From Mycoplasma sp. CAG:472 (GTDB taxonomy: Bacteria; Bacillota_I; Bacilli_A; RF39; UBA660), in contig FR899426.1 of assembly GCA_000437315.1 (NCBI GenBank), positions 1 through 60,929 of the forward strand: a stretch of DNA of 60,929 nt, read 5' to 3'. Below are positions 9,815 to 18,198 of the stretch, piece by piece. The position numbers and the translations under genes were made by a program. Under the pieces are notes generated by a model, which was given only the letters and a program-made list of their open reading frames with translations, made no database searches and was not told where the DNA came from. The first letter of the stretch is position 1. Every line of letters begins with the position of its first letter.

Positions 9815-10763
9815 TAAATATAAATTATCAGAGATATATCTTTTATCAAGATCACTTTCTTTAGGACTACTATTCTCCTATTCTTTCTTTTTGGTGGGAA
9901 CAAGTACCTTAATTTCATTTATTTTTGGTATTTTACTCGGAATATGTTTTGTCTTCATTTATTCAAAAATCAAACTAAACAAGAAAACAAAAGCATTTGA
10001 AATACTTTTATATATGTTTTTTATATTGCTTTCATCGATTATTATAACTACCTTCATATCATCATTTTTTCTTAATAAAACACCTAAAATATTTATTATT
10101 TTACCAAGTATATTACTTTGCTATTATATTTCTACTAAAGGTAAAGATGTAATGAAATGGCTTTCTCTTGCATTAACTTTTTTTAGTATAATCACCATAA
10201 TATTTAACTTTCTTGCTTTAATGCCCCATATGGAAATTAAAAATATTTTACCGCTTTTTACCTTTAAAAATAAAAATATGATAAAAAGTATTTTCTTTTA
10301 TGCTATACTAACCTCTTGCCCATTAATTCTTTTAAATGATGAAGACTACTCTACTAAAGATTATATATCTTCTTACATTATAACTAATATAATTAGTTTA
10401 ATAATCTGTTTTGCTATTGTAAGTATTTTAGGAAGAAGTTTAATTAATATGTATAGTTACCCCGAATATATGGTACTTAAAAAAATTCAAATATCTTCAT
10501 TTATTGAAAATGTAGAAAATTTTATTTCATTATTATGGCTTTTTGATTTATATTATCTAACATCTTACTCTATCAAAAAAATTAATGGTATTTTGACTAC
10601 TAAAATAGGTACAGTATTAATATTTTTAATAACAGTTATAGATTCATTTGTAATTAATAATAATTATGAATACCTCCTTTATATTTATAAAAGGGTTCCC
10701 TATATTTTATATATATTGGTAATTCCAATTCTTATTTTAGCCAATAAAAAAAGAGTTAATTAA
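9804..10763 (+). CDS. Spore germination permease, GerAB-type B subunit
   Basis: Polytopic membrane protein of 319 aa with a TTG start that overlaps the gerC stop. It completes the A-C-B operon order. Confidence 0.75.
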   Translation: MKTNKYKLSEIYLLSRSLSLGLLFSYSFFLVGTSTLISFIFGILLGICFVFIYSKIKLNKKTKAFEILLYMFFILLSSIIITTFISSFFLNKTPKIFIILPSILLCYYISTKGKDVMKWLSLALTFFSIITIIFNFLALMPHMEIKNILPLFTFKNKNMIKSIFFYAILTSCPLILLNDEDYSTKDYISSYIITNIISLIICFAIVSILGRSLINMYSYPEYMVLKKIQISSFIENVENFISLLWLFDLYYLTSYSIKKINGILTTKIGTVLIFLITVIDSFVINNNYEYLLYIYKRVPYILYILVIPILILANKKRVN

Positions 10764-11119
10764 ATCCATCTGGAAATATAGATAACTCTTGTATTACTGG
10801 CTTTATATCTATTAAATAAATTTATTATATAATCAATAACAAACTTTAATATATCTTTACAATCATTTTTAACTTTTAATTCTTGTAAACCTTTTTTAAG
10901 TTCTTTTCTAAATATATAATCATCAATATATTTTGACACAGCTTCATCAAGTTTTCCTATTTCAATTATATTTTCATTTATATTTATATCAACTTTAAAA
11001 ATATATTCTTTATACATTTTTATTATAGACTTAGTTATTTCATCACCCTCGATTGGTTTAAACTCAATTATTTTATAAAAATTTGGACAATATGTTAATA
11101 CTTTTTTATTATCGTTCAT
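10760..11119 (-). CDS. Hypothetical 119-aa protein
   Basis: ORF convergent with the ger operon; no motif recognised. Confidence 0.5.
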   Translation of the reverse strand: MNDNKKVLTYCPNFYKIIEFKPIEGDEITKSIIKMYKEYIFKVDININENIIEIGKLDEAVSKYIDDYIFRKELKKGLQELKVKNDCKDILKFVIDYIINLFNRYKASNTRVIYISRWI

Positions 11120-11192
11120 ACTTTTATCACTACCTTAATTAAATAATATACTATTTTATAAGGTTTGTAAAGTTTTTTTATTTAAAAAATTG

Positions 11193-11216
11193 AAAAAAGA
11201 CTAGAATTTCTAGCCT
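11193..11216 (-). terminator. Intrinsic terminator downstream of hup
   Basis: Minus-strand AGGCTAGAAATTCTAGTCT hairpin followed by TTTTTTC. Confidence 0.65.
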
Positions 11217-11227
11217 TTATTTTCAAA

Positions 11228-11500
11228 CTAATTTAAAGCGTCTTTTAATTTGCTACCAGCTTTAAATGAAGCAACTGTTTTTGCAGGAATTTTAAGAGGT
11301 TCTTTAGTAAGTGGGTTGATTCCTTCTCTAGCAGCTCTTTTTTTAGCAGAGAATGTACCAAAACCAACTAAAGCAACTTTTCCATCTTTTTTAAGACCAG
11401 AAACAATTCCTTCAAGGCAAGCATCTAATGCACGAGTTGCATCAGCTTTTGTTAAGCCAGCTTTATTAGCAATAAATTCTACTAATTCAGTTTTAGACAT
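11228..11500 (-). CDS. hup: HU-family nucleoid DNA-binding protein
   Basis: 90 aa, MSKTELV...GFGTFSAKKRAAREGINPLTKEPLKIPAKTVASFKAGSKLKDALN, the canonical HU/IHF signature. Confidence 0.95.
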   Translation of the reverse strand: MSKTELVEFIANKAGLTKADATRALDACLEGIVSGLKKDGKVALVGFGTFSAKKRAAREGINPLTKEPLKIPAKTVASFKAGSKLKDALN

Positions 11501-11583
11501 GTTTATTACCTCCTATATTATTTATAAGGCACAACTACCTTACAAATTAAAGATACCAAAATTCTAAAGAAAAATCAATAAAA

Positions 11584-11615
11584 AAAGTGCATTTTTTACA
11601 TAACCTTTGCACTTT
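11584..11615. repeat. Palindromic element AAAGTGC-N18-GCACTTT inside A/T runs (weak bidirectional terminator?)
   Basis: Arms at 11584-11590 and 11609-11615. A near-identical architecture recurs at 11823-11853. Confidence 0.45.
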
Positions 11616-11658
11616 TTTTAAGAAATAACTTAATAGTATCACAAAATTATAAATATTC

Positions 11659-11806
11659 TTGATTTTTTAGATTATATTTTATATAATAATATTGTCTTAG
11701 GAAACTAAGGCATTAAGAAAGAATGATTATAATTTATTTATTTTCATTTTTTCAATTCATAGACGATCCAATCCGTCTACCCACTTTAGTTAAGTGGGTT
11801 TTTTTA
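11659..11806 (+). ncRNA. Candidate small RNA of about 110 nt with a consensus sigma-A promoter and a strong intrinsic terminator
   Basis: TTGATT (11659-11664), 17 nt, TATAAT (11682-11687). Hairpin GTCTTAG-GAAA-CTAAGGC (11694-11711); hairpin TAGACG-N8-CGTCTA (11760-11779); terminator ACCCACTT-TAGTT-AAGTGGGT plus a T run (11779-11806). No credible ORF. Confidence 0.45.
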
Positions 11807-11822
11807 TATATTAATATTAAAA

Positions 11823-11853
11823 AAAGTGCGTATTTTATTAATTTTTGCACTTT
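11823..11853. repeat. Second copy of the AAAGTGC-N17-GCACTTT palindromic element; probably serves as the spoIVA terminator
   Basis: Arms at 11823-11829 and 11847-11853, immediately downstream of the spoIVA stop (11857). Confidence 0.45.
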
Positions 11854-11856
11854 TTA

Positions 11857-13335
11857 TTAAATTACAATAGCAATTAAATTATTTGCACCTTTATTTACTA
11901 TTTTTGTAACTGTATTTGCAAGTTTAAATCTAGCTGTTTCTGGCATCATAGCAAGTTTTGCCTCTATACCCTCTTTAACAATTTGTTCTAAACTTCGACC
12001 AAAGATTTCACTTTTCCAAATACTATTTTTATCAGTTTCATAATCTTTCATAATATAGTCAATAAGTTCTTTTGATTGCATTTCAGAGCCTATAATAGGT
12101 TCAAAAGTAGATTCTACATCAACTCTTATTAAATGTACAGAACTTGCTTGAGCCTTTAATTTAACACCAAATCTACTTCCTTGTTTAATAATCTCTGGAG
12201 TTGAAAGTTTCATATCTTTTATAGTTGGATGCATTATTCCATAACCAGTATTTTTAGCCATTTTAATTGCACTTTTAATATTTTTAAGTTCACTTTCATT
12301 TTCGTTATAAGATATAAACATATTAAGTAAACTAGATTTAGTTATTTCCTTATTACCAATACTTTCTTTTAAAACCTTTTCATATAGTTCATCACTACTT
12401 TCAAGCGTTATAGTAACATTTCCAGTGGATGTATCAAAATTTGATATATAACTTTTTGAAATATATTCACTTTCTAAAAACACATTATTAATTGTATCAA
12501 CATCTTTTAATTTATTTACTTTATAAATAGCCTCTTTGATTTTTTCTAAATAGTGCATTTTAATGTCATTTTCCATAGGCAGAATATCAATCCATTTTGG
12601 AATGTTTACATTAATATCCACTACTGGAAATTCATAAAGAGCAGTTCTAAGCATATTATTAAGTTCATCTTTTGAAACAGTATCAACACTTGAACATATT
12701 ACAGGAACATTATATTCTTCTTCCATTTTCTTAGCAAGCTCTTTAGTTTCAAATTTATCAGGCGTTTTAGAGTTTAAAATTACAATAAATGGTTTTCCTA
12801 TTTCTTTAAGTTCATGAATAACTTTTTCTTCTGCTGCAACATAATTTTCTCTAGCAATATCAGTAATACTTCCATCAGTAGTAACAACAATTCCAATAGT
12901 GGCATGATCTTTTATAACTTTTTCAGTACCTAGTTCAGCTGCCTCAGTTAAAGGAATATAATCATCAAACCACGGACTTTTTACCATTCTTGGATTCCCA
13001 TCGCTATCTAAAAATCCGGTAGCATCGTTAATTACATACCCTACACAGTCAACAAGTTTTATATTTGTTTCAAACTCGTCAACTTTAATTTTTGCTCCAG
13101 AGGAAGGAACAAATTTTGGCTCAGTAGTCATAACTTGTTTTCCTTGAGCCGATTGTGGTACCTCATCTAAGCATTTTTTCTTTTCATATTCATCAGTAAT
13201 ATTTGGAACAACTAACCCTTCAATAAATCTTTTAATAAAAGTTGATTTACCGGTTCTAACTGCTCCAACTACACCTAGATATATTTCTCCTCCTGCTCTT
13301 TTACTTAATGAGGCAATTACATTTTCATTTTCCAT
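11857..13335 (-). CDS. spoIVA: Stage IV sporulation protein A (spore coat morphogenetic ATPase)
   Basis: 492 aa. It matches my recollection of B. subtilis SpoIVA along most of its length: GGEIYLGVVGAVRTGKSTFIKRF Walker A, MTTEPKFVP, LVDCVGY, IIKQGSRFGVKLKA, C-terminal NNLIAIVI. Confidence 0.95.
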   Translation of the reverse strand: MENENVIASLSKRAGGEIYLGVVGAVRTGKSTFIKRFIEGLVVPNITDEYEKKKCLDEVPQSAQGKQVMTTEPKFVPSSGAKIKVDEFETNIKLVDCVGYVINDATGFLDSDGNPRMVKSPWFDDYIPLTEAAELGTEKVIKDHATIGIVVTTDGSITDIARENYVAAEEKVIHELKEIGKPFIVILNSKTPDKFETKELAKKMEEEYNVPVICSSVDTVSKDELNNMLRTALYEFPVVDINVNIPKWIDILPMENDIKMHYLEKIKEAIYKVNKLKDVDTINNVFLESEYISKSYISNFDTSTGNVTITLESSDELYEKVLKESIGNKEITKSSLLNMFISYNENESELKNIKSAIKMAKNTGYGIMHPTIKDMKLSTPEIIKQGSRFGVKLKAQASSVHLIRVDVESTFEPIIGSEMQSKELIDYIMKDYETDKNSIWKSEIFGRSLEQIVKEGIEAKLAMMPETARFKLANTVTKIVNKGANNLIAIVI

Positions 13336-13458
13336 TTTTCACCTTTTCTATTAAAGATTATGATAAATAAAAAAAGTTATTACAAAAAAAATCAATATAT
13401 TTTATATATTAATTTTTAACAATCTCATGTCTTATTTTGACATGTTTTGTCGAAACGC

Positions 13459-13486
13459 TTGCAACTGAATTATTTCCATGTATAAT
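13459..13486 (+). promoter_or_regulatory. Sigma-A-type promoter for the small hydrophobic ORF
   Basis: TTGCAA (13459-13464), 16 nt, TATAAT (13481-13486) preceded by TG (extended -10, TGTATAAT). Confidence 0.5.
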
Positions 13487-13494
13487 AACTACTT

Positions 13495-13775
13495 GAACGT
13501 GCAGGAATGGCGTTACCTTCTTAATTTTTTCGGGGTTTTGGGCAACCAAGATTATACTGAAGAAAGGAGGAACGGTAAATGAGCAAAAAGAAACTCATTA
13601 GGGTACTATTTTTGATTGTACTTTTACAGTTTGGGGTTTATTATCCTGAATTTATAAAAGGCGCCATCCGTATTGTGAAAGAATTTATACAGTTTTTAAA
13701 AGAACTTGTATTTATTCTTTTATTTGGATAAGCGCCAACTAAAAAATCTTAGGTAACGTGATATCTTGCACGTTC
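13495..13775 (+). repeat. Imperfect 24-25 nt inverted repeats bracketing the small ORF (mRNA end-pairing or MITE-like TIRs)
   Basis: GAACGTGCA-GGAATGG-CGTTACCT (13495-13518) is complementary to AGGTAACG-TGATATCT-TGCACGTTC (13751-13775). That gives 9 + 8 bp around a 7x8 internal loop. Confidence 0.6.
13579..13731 (+). CDS. Unannotated 50-aa hydrophobic peptide (type I toxin-like candidate)
   Basis: SD GAAAGGAGGAACGGTAA then ATG. My translation is MSKKKLIRVLFLIVLLQFGVYYPEFIKGAIRIVKEFIQFLKELVFILLFG, ending in TAA. It is too short for the ORF track. The local G+C is visibly higher than in the flanks. Confidence 0.5.
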   Translation: MSKKKLIRVLFLIVLLQFGVYYPEFIKGAIRIVKEFIQFLKELVFILLFG

Positions 13776-13832
13776 CTTACTTATAATATAACATTTATTT
13801 ATATATTTATGCAAGCAATTTGAATTATATTT

Positions 13833-15059
13833 TTATCCAATATGATATGGATTTGTAGAGGTACCTGTTCCTCCAACTATTTTTAATATACTGGAATCTA
13901 GATAAAAAGTTGGTCTAACAGAATACTTATATGATGAATCGTTCATATAACCGGCAAAAAAAGACCCAGTATTTACTAAAGAACATGAAGATGCTGAATT
14001 CGAAGTAATTGGAGAAATAAACCACTCGTTTGAGTTTGAAAATTTCGCTGTGTTAAAAATCCAGTTATTATTTTTACAATAACTATATGATGAATCATCC
14101 CAATTGTATAATGGCTTTGCTCTACAACTTTCTTTATTTGTTGTAGAACCACCAGTTGTAGCATACCCATAATCACTTGGATATATTATTCCTAACTTTG
14201 CATATATATTACTTGGATTACCAGTGTAAACAGCACTTGTATTTCTTTCTAATTCATAAAGTTCTAATACCTTTTTTGCTAAATAATTATTTCCATTTGG
14301 GCCACCTAAATGCCATTTTGCATTTACTATTCCATTAGATAGTTTATTATTTACATTTGATATACCTAACAAAGTAGTTAAGTATGTTCCATTTAATTCT
14401 GTTTTAAGTGATGCACTGCTCCAATTGTTTGTTCCTCCAGAATTCCATGCTTTTCCACTTGTTCCTCCATAATTATTTGTATCAAGTATTTTTAATAGTT
14501 TTTTTGTTCCGGCGCTAGTTGTTCCATTAGAGGAATATTCCTCTTCAAATAATCCTATTATTCTAAATAATAAAGATGATGAAGAACATGCACCTTCTTT
14601 ATTACTATCTAAGCATATATAATTATTTGGATCTGCTCCTTCATATCTTAAACCATTTTCATTAAATATATTTGCGTTATTTGCTATCATTAAATTATTA
14701 AATGAAGTACCAGGCGTTATTATAAACTCTTTTTTAGCAACATTTCCTGAGGTATCTTTTACCCATAAATAATATGTTCCTTCAGTACTTATTGTGGTAC
14801 TAAAGTTATAGGATGTTCCATTTATCGATGTCCAATTTGTTGGTTCAACACTATTACTTGAACTTATTCCATAACTAGATAATCCTTTATCATCTGTAAG
14901 AACTGCAGTAACTACTGTGTCATTAACATTTAAGTTAGATATAATTGGATTTTGTGTATCTATTATCTTATCAAAATATAATGAGCATCTATCAGAACCT
15001 AAAAAAGAAAATCCTATTTGTCCTGTTGAATTATTATAACTACTGCAGTAACTGTTGTA
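13833..15059 (-). pseudogene. Main body of a surface/secreted protein gene; the frame is open for 408 codons but has no start codon or signal sequence
   Basis: The track ORF starts at Met 14690, but my translation shows the same frame open up to a TGA at 15060-15062 (YNNSTGQIGFSFLGSDRCSLYFDKIIDTQNPIISNLNVNDTVVTAVLTDDKG...), with no Met before MIANNAN. The C-terminal part ends YKYSVRPTFYLDSSI..., reminiscent of DUF6273-type domains (weak). Confidence 0.6.
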
Positions 15060-15180
15060 TCATTAACATTTAAGTTAGATATAATTGGTTTTTGTGTATC
15101 TATTATTTTATCAAAATATAATGAACATCTATCTGAACCTAAAAAAGAAAATCCTATTTGTCCTGTTGAATTATTATAAC
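14901..15180 (-). repeat. Tandem duplication, 2 x 140 bp, inside the surface-protein gene
   Basis: 14902-15040 aligns with 15042-15180 at period 140 with scattered mismatches. 140 is not a multiple of 3, so the frame breaks at the junction (..TTVTAV|VIIIQQDK*). Confidence 0.85.
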
Positions 15181-15438
15181 TTACTACTTTTCCTCCATTT
15201 TCACATATTGTTTTTTCTTCGTTTAAAACATAATTCCCTTTTGGAATTTCATTGGAACTTACATATTCTCCAGAATCACCCTTAATCATTATGAAAATCC
15301 TATTTGTCCTGTTGAATTATTATAACTAACTACTTTTCCTCCATTTTCACAAACTGTTTTTTCTTCATTTAAAACATAATTACCTTTTGGAATTTCATTA
15401 GAACTTACATATTCTCCAGAATCTTCTTTAATCATTAT
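15147..15438 (-). repeat. Tandem duplication, 2 x 146 bp, of the IMIK(G/E)DSGEYVSSNEIPKGNYVLNEEKT.CENGGKVVSYNNSTGQIGFS segment
   Basis: GAAAATCC at 15147 and at 15293, period 146 (3n+2). The junction reads ..GQIGFS* and then restarts at MIKGDSG. Confidence 0.85.
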
Positions 15439-15618
15439 TGCTAAATTACTATGTCCTTTAGTTTTAATAGTTTTATTTTTATAAGTAATATTTAATACTA
15501 TTACTCCTATAAAAATAAATACGAACAAGCATAATTTAATTTTTTTATTCATAACTACTCCATCAAGCATAAATACAGGGAATAAGTTTCTTAAATTATA
15601 TAGATTAAAGAAAAACAT
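15289..15618 (-). pseudogene. 5' gene copy B: signal anchor plus first domain segment, truncated at the 146-bp duplication junction
   Basis: MNKKIKLCLFVFIFIGVIVLNITYKNK...LAIMIKEDSGEYVSSNEIPKGNYVLNEEKTVCENGGKVVSYNNSTGQIGFS*. The likely start is the internal MNKKIK, preceded by GGAG. Confidence 0.6.
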
Positions 15619-15632
15619 AGTTCTATTTTTCG

Positions 15633-15845
15633 TTAAAAGGTACTTGAAAAATAGACATAATTACCTTTGGGGATTTCATTGGAACTTACATATTCTCCAG
15701 AATCACCCTTTATCATTATTGCTAAATTATTTTGATTTCTTTGTTTAGTTTTTGTTACTTCATTTTTATTTTTATAGGTAATATTTAATACGATTACAAC
15801 TACAACAATAAATACGAACAATGTAGTTTTTATTTTTTTCTTCAT
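15633..15845 (-). pseudogene. 5' gene copy A: signal anchor plus about 30 residues, truncated
   Basis: MKKKIKTTLFVFIVVVVIVLNITYKNK...LAIMIKGDSGEYVSSNEIPKGNYV, after which it diverges and stops. It is paralogous to copy B at a period of about 280 bp, upstream region included. Confidence 0.6.
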
Positions 15846-15880
15846 ATATACTCCAATCCTACATAAATAGGGCTATAAGA

Positions 15881-15907
15881 TTTCTTAAATTATATAGATT
15901 TAAGAAA
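15881..15907. promoter_or_regulatory. Perfect 10-bp inverted repeat TTTCTTAAAT-N7-ATTTAAGAAA upstream of copy A; related copies at 15587-15613 and 16000-16028
   Basis: The spacer reads TATATAAT on the coding (minus) strand, so a TATAAT -10 hexamer is embedded. One-mismatch copy upstream of copy B; degenerate third copy with no gene behind it. Confidence 0.45.
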
Positions 15908-16109
15908 AAATAATGCCCATGTTATGGGAAATGGTACTAGATTTTTTTATAAATTAATGCTATTATTTAATAGTAAGATACGTAAATACGAGGATGAGAT
16001 TTCTTAAATCTATATAATAAGAGAAAAAACGAACAAGGTAAACGCTGGAATTGCGAGGGTTTTAGATAATTTTTTTCTTTATTAATATTTTATTAAAAAA
16101 AATAATAGT

Positions 16110-16823
16110 TTATTTAACTATTAAATCTTGCATATCTTCTTTAATAATAAGATTTTGATTTTTACATTCTAAAAGTTCTTTTTTAGAATTTTTACCCATA
16201 TGTGAGGGAATAATTTTTAAGTTTTTATATTCGTATAAAAATTGTTTTATATCATCTACTCCTAAATGAAAATTATTACCTATTTTATTAGTAACATCAC
16301 AAATTAAATAATCTGCATCTATAATATTATCAAGTAAATTATCACATATTGTAGTGTCTCCAGTAAAGACTATCTTTTTATCATTATATTTAAAAATGTA
16401 ACCATAACAATTTTTCATTGCACCATGAACTGTTTTATAACTTGAAATAGTTAGATTATCAATTTTAATTGGTCTTTTATTATCAATAAAATTTATTGTT
16501 TTATTAAGTAAAAATTCATAAAATAGTCCTGGAAATCCAAGTTTTAAAAGTTTTAAAACTTTCATTCTATCTTTTTTACATATAACAATATTTAACTTTT
16601 GTTTTCTTTGATAAAAATCTAGTATTATAAATGGTAAATCAAAAAAGTGATCTGCGTGAGTATGAGTTATAAATATATATTTAATTTGCTCATTTAAATT
16701 ATTCTTTTTTAGTATTTTCATTGTTCCTTGGGGAAAATCAACCATTATATTATTATTTACTAAATATGATGCTTGATTATCATTTGATATCATAGAACCT
16801 GTTCCTATAAATTTTATATTCAT
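16110..16823 (-). CDS. MBL-fold metallo-hydrolase
   Basis: HTHADH motif (ITHTHADHFFD) and downstream His/Asp ligands; 237 aa. Confidence 0.8.
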   Translation of the reverse strand: MNIKFIGTGSMISNDNQASYLVNNNIMVDFPQGTMKILKKNNLNEQIKYIFITHTHADHFFDLPFIILDFYQRKQKLNIVICKKDRMKVLKLLKLGFPGLFYEFLLNKTINFIDNKRPIKIDNLTISSYKTVHGAMKNCYGYIFKYNDKKIVFTGDTTICDNLLDNIIDADYLICDVTNKIGNNFHLGVDDIKQFLYEYKNLKIIPSHMGKNSKKELLECKNQNLIIKEDMQDLIVK

Positions 16824-16923
16824 TTTTTACCTCATAAGTAAATATTAATAATTTTTTCTAAAATAGTCAACTTTAATCTATAAAAACAAAAAAAATTTGT
16901 TATAATATTTTATAGAGGTATTT

Positions 16924-18156
16924 ATGAAAATAGTTGAAATAAATGAAAAAGAATATAAGGATTTTTTTGATAAATCAAGTTATACACATTTTATGCAGTG
17001 TTATGAATGGGGAGAAGCCTGTAAAGGTAAAGGTCTAAAGCCATTATATCTAGGTTTAAAAGATAATGATAACTTAAAAGGTATTTGTTTATGTTTTGTA
17101 AAAGAAATGCCCTTTAAATTAAAGTATTATTATGCACCAAGAGGACCAGTATTAGATTTTAATGATAAAACATTAATAAAAGAATTTTCTATAGCAATAA
17201 AATCTTATTTAAAGGAAAATAATGGTATATACTTTAAGATGGACCCAGGAGTTGTCCTTCATACATTAGATGAAAAAGCACAGCCTTTAAAAGAGGGTAT
17301 TAATAATGAATGGTTTCATGATTATTTATTAGAGTTAGGATATAGTTTTAAAGGTTATACAAAATTATTCGAAGCAAATCAACCTAGATTTACTTTTAGG
17401 ATTGATACTAAAAAACCTATTGAAGAAATAGAAAAAAGTATGAATAAAACTTATTTAAAAACAATAAAAAGAAGTTATAATTATGATTTAGAAATTACAA
17501 ATGATTATAATAATGATACATTTTATAATTTAATGAAAGATATTGCTAATAGAGATAACTTTAATGGTTACCCTAAAAAGTTTTATGAAGATTATGATAA
17601 GTTTATGACTCAAGGTGGAAAAAGTATAAACATAACAATTAAAATTTATCCTGATAAGCTTCTTAAAAAGGCTGAAGATGAATTAAAAGATTTAGAAACA
17701 AAAGTGGCAAACAAAGAAATACCTGAAAAGAAAATGGCTGATACTAATAATATTATTGCAAGGTTAAAAAAAGATATTGAGGTATTTTCGGAATATAAAG
17801 GAAATGAAAATGGAATAGTTTCACTAATACTTATTTGTCCTATAATTAATAATCAAATGTGGACATTATACATTGGAAATAATAGTCTTGCAACATATAC
17901 TTTTGCAGTTAATCGTTCATATTATGAAGCAATGAAAATTGCAAGTGAAAAAAACTGTGAATTTTTAGATTTATTTGGTACATGTGGAGATCCTGGTACA
18001 AAAGAAAAAAATTATAACGGAATACACGAATACAAAAGAAAAATGGGTGGTACTTATACAGAATTTGTAGGTGAATATGATATAGTTAATAAACCATTTA
18101 TTAATAAAGTGCTACCTATTATGTTAAAAATATATCGTAAATTAAGAAGAAAATGA
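16924..18156 (+). CDS. FemAB-family peptidoglycan cross-bridge aminoacyltransferase
   Basis: 410 aa; FMQCYEWGE and YAPRGPVLDF motifs; a central coiled-coil insert typical of FemA/FemX-like proteins. Confidence 0.85.
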   Translation: MKIVEINEKEYKDFFDKSSYTHFMQCYEWGEACKGKGLKPLYLGLKDNDNLKGICLCFVKEMPFKLKYYYAPRGPVLDFNDKTLIKEFSIAIKSYLKENNGIYFKMDPGVVLHTLDEKAQPLKEGINNEWFHDYLLELGYSFKGYTKLFEANQPRFTFRIDTKKPIEEIEKSMNKTYLKTIKRSYNYDLEITNDYNNDTFYNLMKDIANRDNFNGYPKKFYEDYDKFMTQGGKSINITIKIYPDKLLKKAEDELKDLETKVANKEIPEKKMADTNNIIARLKKDIEVFSEYKGNENGIVSLILICPIINNQMWTLYIGNNSLATYTFAVNRSYYEAMKIASEKNCEFLDLFGTCGDPGTKEKNYNGIHEYKRKMGGTYTEFVGEYDIVNKPFINKVLPIMLKIYRKLRRK

Positions 18157-18198
18157 TTCTTCTTTTTTTGTTAAATAAAAAGATTACTTTCGTAACCT

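Noticed and set aside
11250-11567. 105-aa plus-strand ORF overlapping hup
   Set aside because: It is antisense to the unmistakable HU gene and has no start context, so it is a shadow ORF.
11729-11870. Small hydrophobic ORF (MIIIYLFSFFQF...) inside the sRNA candidate
   Set aside because: It has a weak SD, and the frame runs straight through the strong terminator hairpin, so it would not be contained in the predicted transcript.
13976-15285. Track ORFs 13976-14176 (minus strand, alternative frame) and 15085-15285 (plus strand)
   Set aside because: Both lie inside or antisense to the surface-protein frame. They are low-complexity products with no SD.
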